From positions 266,045 through 330,044 of the forward strand of contig CAYSAQ010000001.1 of NCBI GenBank assembly GCA_964429235.1: DNA of 64,000 bases, written 5' to 3'. The notes beneath the pieces are model-generated. The model was not told the DNA's origin, ran no database searches, and saw only the letters and a list, made by a program, of their open reading frames with translations. This document shows positions 63,701 through 64,000 of this stretch, piece by piece. Both the position numbers and the translations under genes were made by a program. Source of the stretch: an uncultured Candidatus Marinamargulisbacteria bacterium. GTDB taxonomy: Bacteria > Margulisbacteria > Riflemargulisbacteria > GWF2-35-9 > DYQY01. Position 1 is the first letter of the stretch, and each line of letters begins with the position of its first letter.

Positions 63701-63924
63701 TCGAAATCTGGCTTATCTACTTTATAATCATCTAAAAATTCTAACTCTAATCTGTTACCAAATCCTTTTATTGGAGAGATAGCACTTAGTTCTTCTTTGA
63801 TTCCTCTGTTAACAAAGTCCGCAAATGAATCTGTTTGCAAGCTTACAAGATCAGGGATCTCGATTTTATCAATAACTTTTGACTGGTATAAATTTTCTCT
63901 TGGAGCAATTGTTTTGGTAGCCAC
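60718..63924 (-). CDS. rpoB: DNA-directed RNA polymerase beta subunit (compact, 1068 aa)
   Basis: Conserved beta regions throughout. The start has an AGAGGTGA SD. Unusually short for a bacterial rpoB. Confidence 0.9.
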   Translation of the reverse strand: MATKTIAPRENLYQSKVIDKIEIPDLVSLQTDSFADFVNRGIKEELSAISPIKGFGNRLELEFLDDYKVDKPDFDLEECKERELTYSAPLRCKVRLLDKETGEVKEQEVYMGNIPVMTKKGTFLINGAERVIVSQFVRSPGVYFKEKKDKQGFITFHATVIPNRGAWLEVETDKLGHLFVHINKVRKLPLNVFLGALGIDEKTMLKKIKNKDLLKKTIEKSGGISNPEDAIREVYYRLKPGDPFNKDAANNLVKGLFFTNKTYDLGKVGRYKMNNRLSLKVDENEVLLTEEDIYAVVNEICNLVAGEGLTDDIDHLGNRRVRCAGELMQKQLRVGLARLERLVNEQMTVNEPDQIVPQKLINIRPLMAVMREFFGTSQLSQFMDQTNPLAELTHRRRLSALGPGGLTKERAGFEVRDIHPSHYGRICVVETPEGQNAGLIGPLALFARTNRFGFIETPYLKVTKGKVSTKVVYLTADLEDYYKIAPFDIMVEDNIIVEDKVPVRFRKEFVYAKREDVDYIGVSPRQMFGISTGLIPFLEHNDANRALMGSNMQRQATPLIKPERAYVGTGLESDIARYAGSLCLAEADGTVTYVDSKKVIVKEKGNKLKTYKLLKFQKSNQGTWVNQRPIISIGQKVKDGDVLADGASAKDGELALGRNLLIAFMPWEGLNFEDSVLISERLVKEDIFTTVHISKFEVEVRTTKLGNEELTREVANVSEELLSQLDDEGIIRVGSEIKPGDILVGKVTPKGESEPPAEEKLLRAIFGEKARDMKDTSLRVSPGEYGKIIKIKIFSKDNKDNLPPGVLKIVRIYVGHLRKIQIGDKVAGRHGNKGVISKILPLEDMPMLPDGTPVDMVLNPLGVPSRMNVGQIYETLLGTAAHPLKTYYEVNPFDEVLGEENSLNSIEVEIQKAAKVEGFEWLDNTGKVNLKDGRSGTFFERPVFCGYMYMLKLIHQVDDKIHARSTGPYSLVTQQPLGGKAQFGGQRFGEMEVWALEAYGAAHVLQEMLTIKSDDVTGRAKAYESIIKGRTIQRLGVPESFKVLVRELRSIALDLKLLNEDNEEIDRL

Positions 63925-64000
63925 TAATAAATCACCTCTTATATTAAATTTATTGAGGAGATAATACTATTACCTCCCCAATATATTCGTTTCAAAACTT

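Noticed and set aside
1-64000. CRISPR arrays, IS elements, transposase or integrase genes, tRNA or rRNA genes.
   Set aside because: No regularly spaced direct-repeat arrays, no transposase- or integrase-like ORFs and no tRNA-like cloverleaf sequences were recognised anywhere in the window. The defence island lacks mobility genes.
63925-64000. ggag...ctcc inverted segments upstream of rpoB, as a possible rplL-rpoB attenuator.
   Set aside because: Only 4-5-bp complementarity with no T-tract, and the window ends here, so the context (rplL) is not visible.

Overview
This 64 kb window is from an AT-rich bacterial chromosome and contains no rRNA or tRNA genes. In order it holds the following.

- **Positions 1-3851:** the 3' end of murC, then murB, convergent with glyS (glycyl-tRNA synthetase beta subunit, with no glyQ beside it).
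- **Positions ~3.9-14.6 kb:** a tightly packed minus-strand defence island. A type I restriction-modification locus (half-hsdS, hsdM, hsdS, a dinD-like gene, hsdR and a trailing DUF45/WLM-type zinc metallohydrolase) has three further genes wedged between hsdM and hsdS: an Abi_2/HEPN abortive-infection-like protein, a TIR-domain protein, and a single-pass membrane protein with no recognisable domain. I regard the TIR + membrane pair inside the RM operon as the best candidate for an undescribed defence module.
- **Island regulation:** the island appears to be driven by a consensus sigma70 promoter (TTGACA-N16-TATAAT) placed for a leaderless transcript, with a perfect 9-bp inverted repeat directly against the -35 box.
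- **Positions ~14.7-18.3 kb:** a GC-rich structured leader ending in an intrinsic terminator (a riboswitch or attenuator candidate) precedes a DUF1015-mgtE-nucleosidase operon.
- **Positions ~18.4-36.7 kb:** minus-strand housekeeping genes — a PpiD-like PPIase, ftsEX, split transketolase, rseP, ApgM-type phosphoglycerate mutase, one hypothetical protein, an aminotransferase, an Lrp/AsnC regulator, thrC, two tandem diverged pgi paralogues, queA, an orphan sensor kinase and a SerA-like dehydrogenase.
- **Positions ~36.8-64 kb:** the conserved ribosomal super-operon, from rpoB-rpoC through the str, S10, spc and alpha operons to truA-rplM-rpsI. L30 is absent, S14 is the zinc type, and rpmJ is present as an unlisted 37-aa ORF.

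No CRISPR array, transposase or integrase is visible. All domain assignments are from motifs read by eye; I could not run HMM or database searches.
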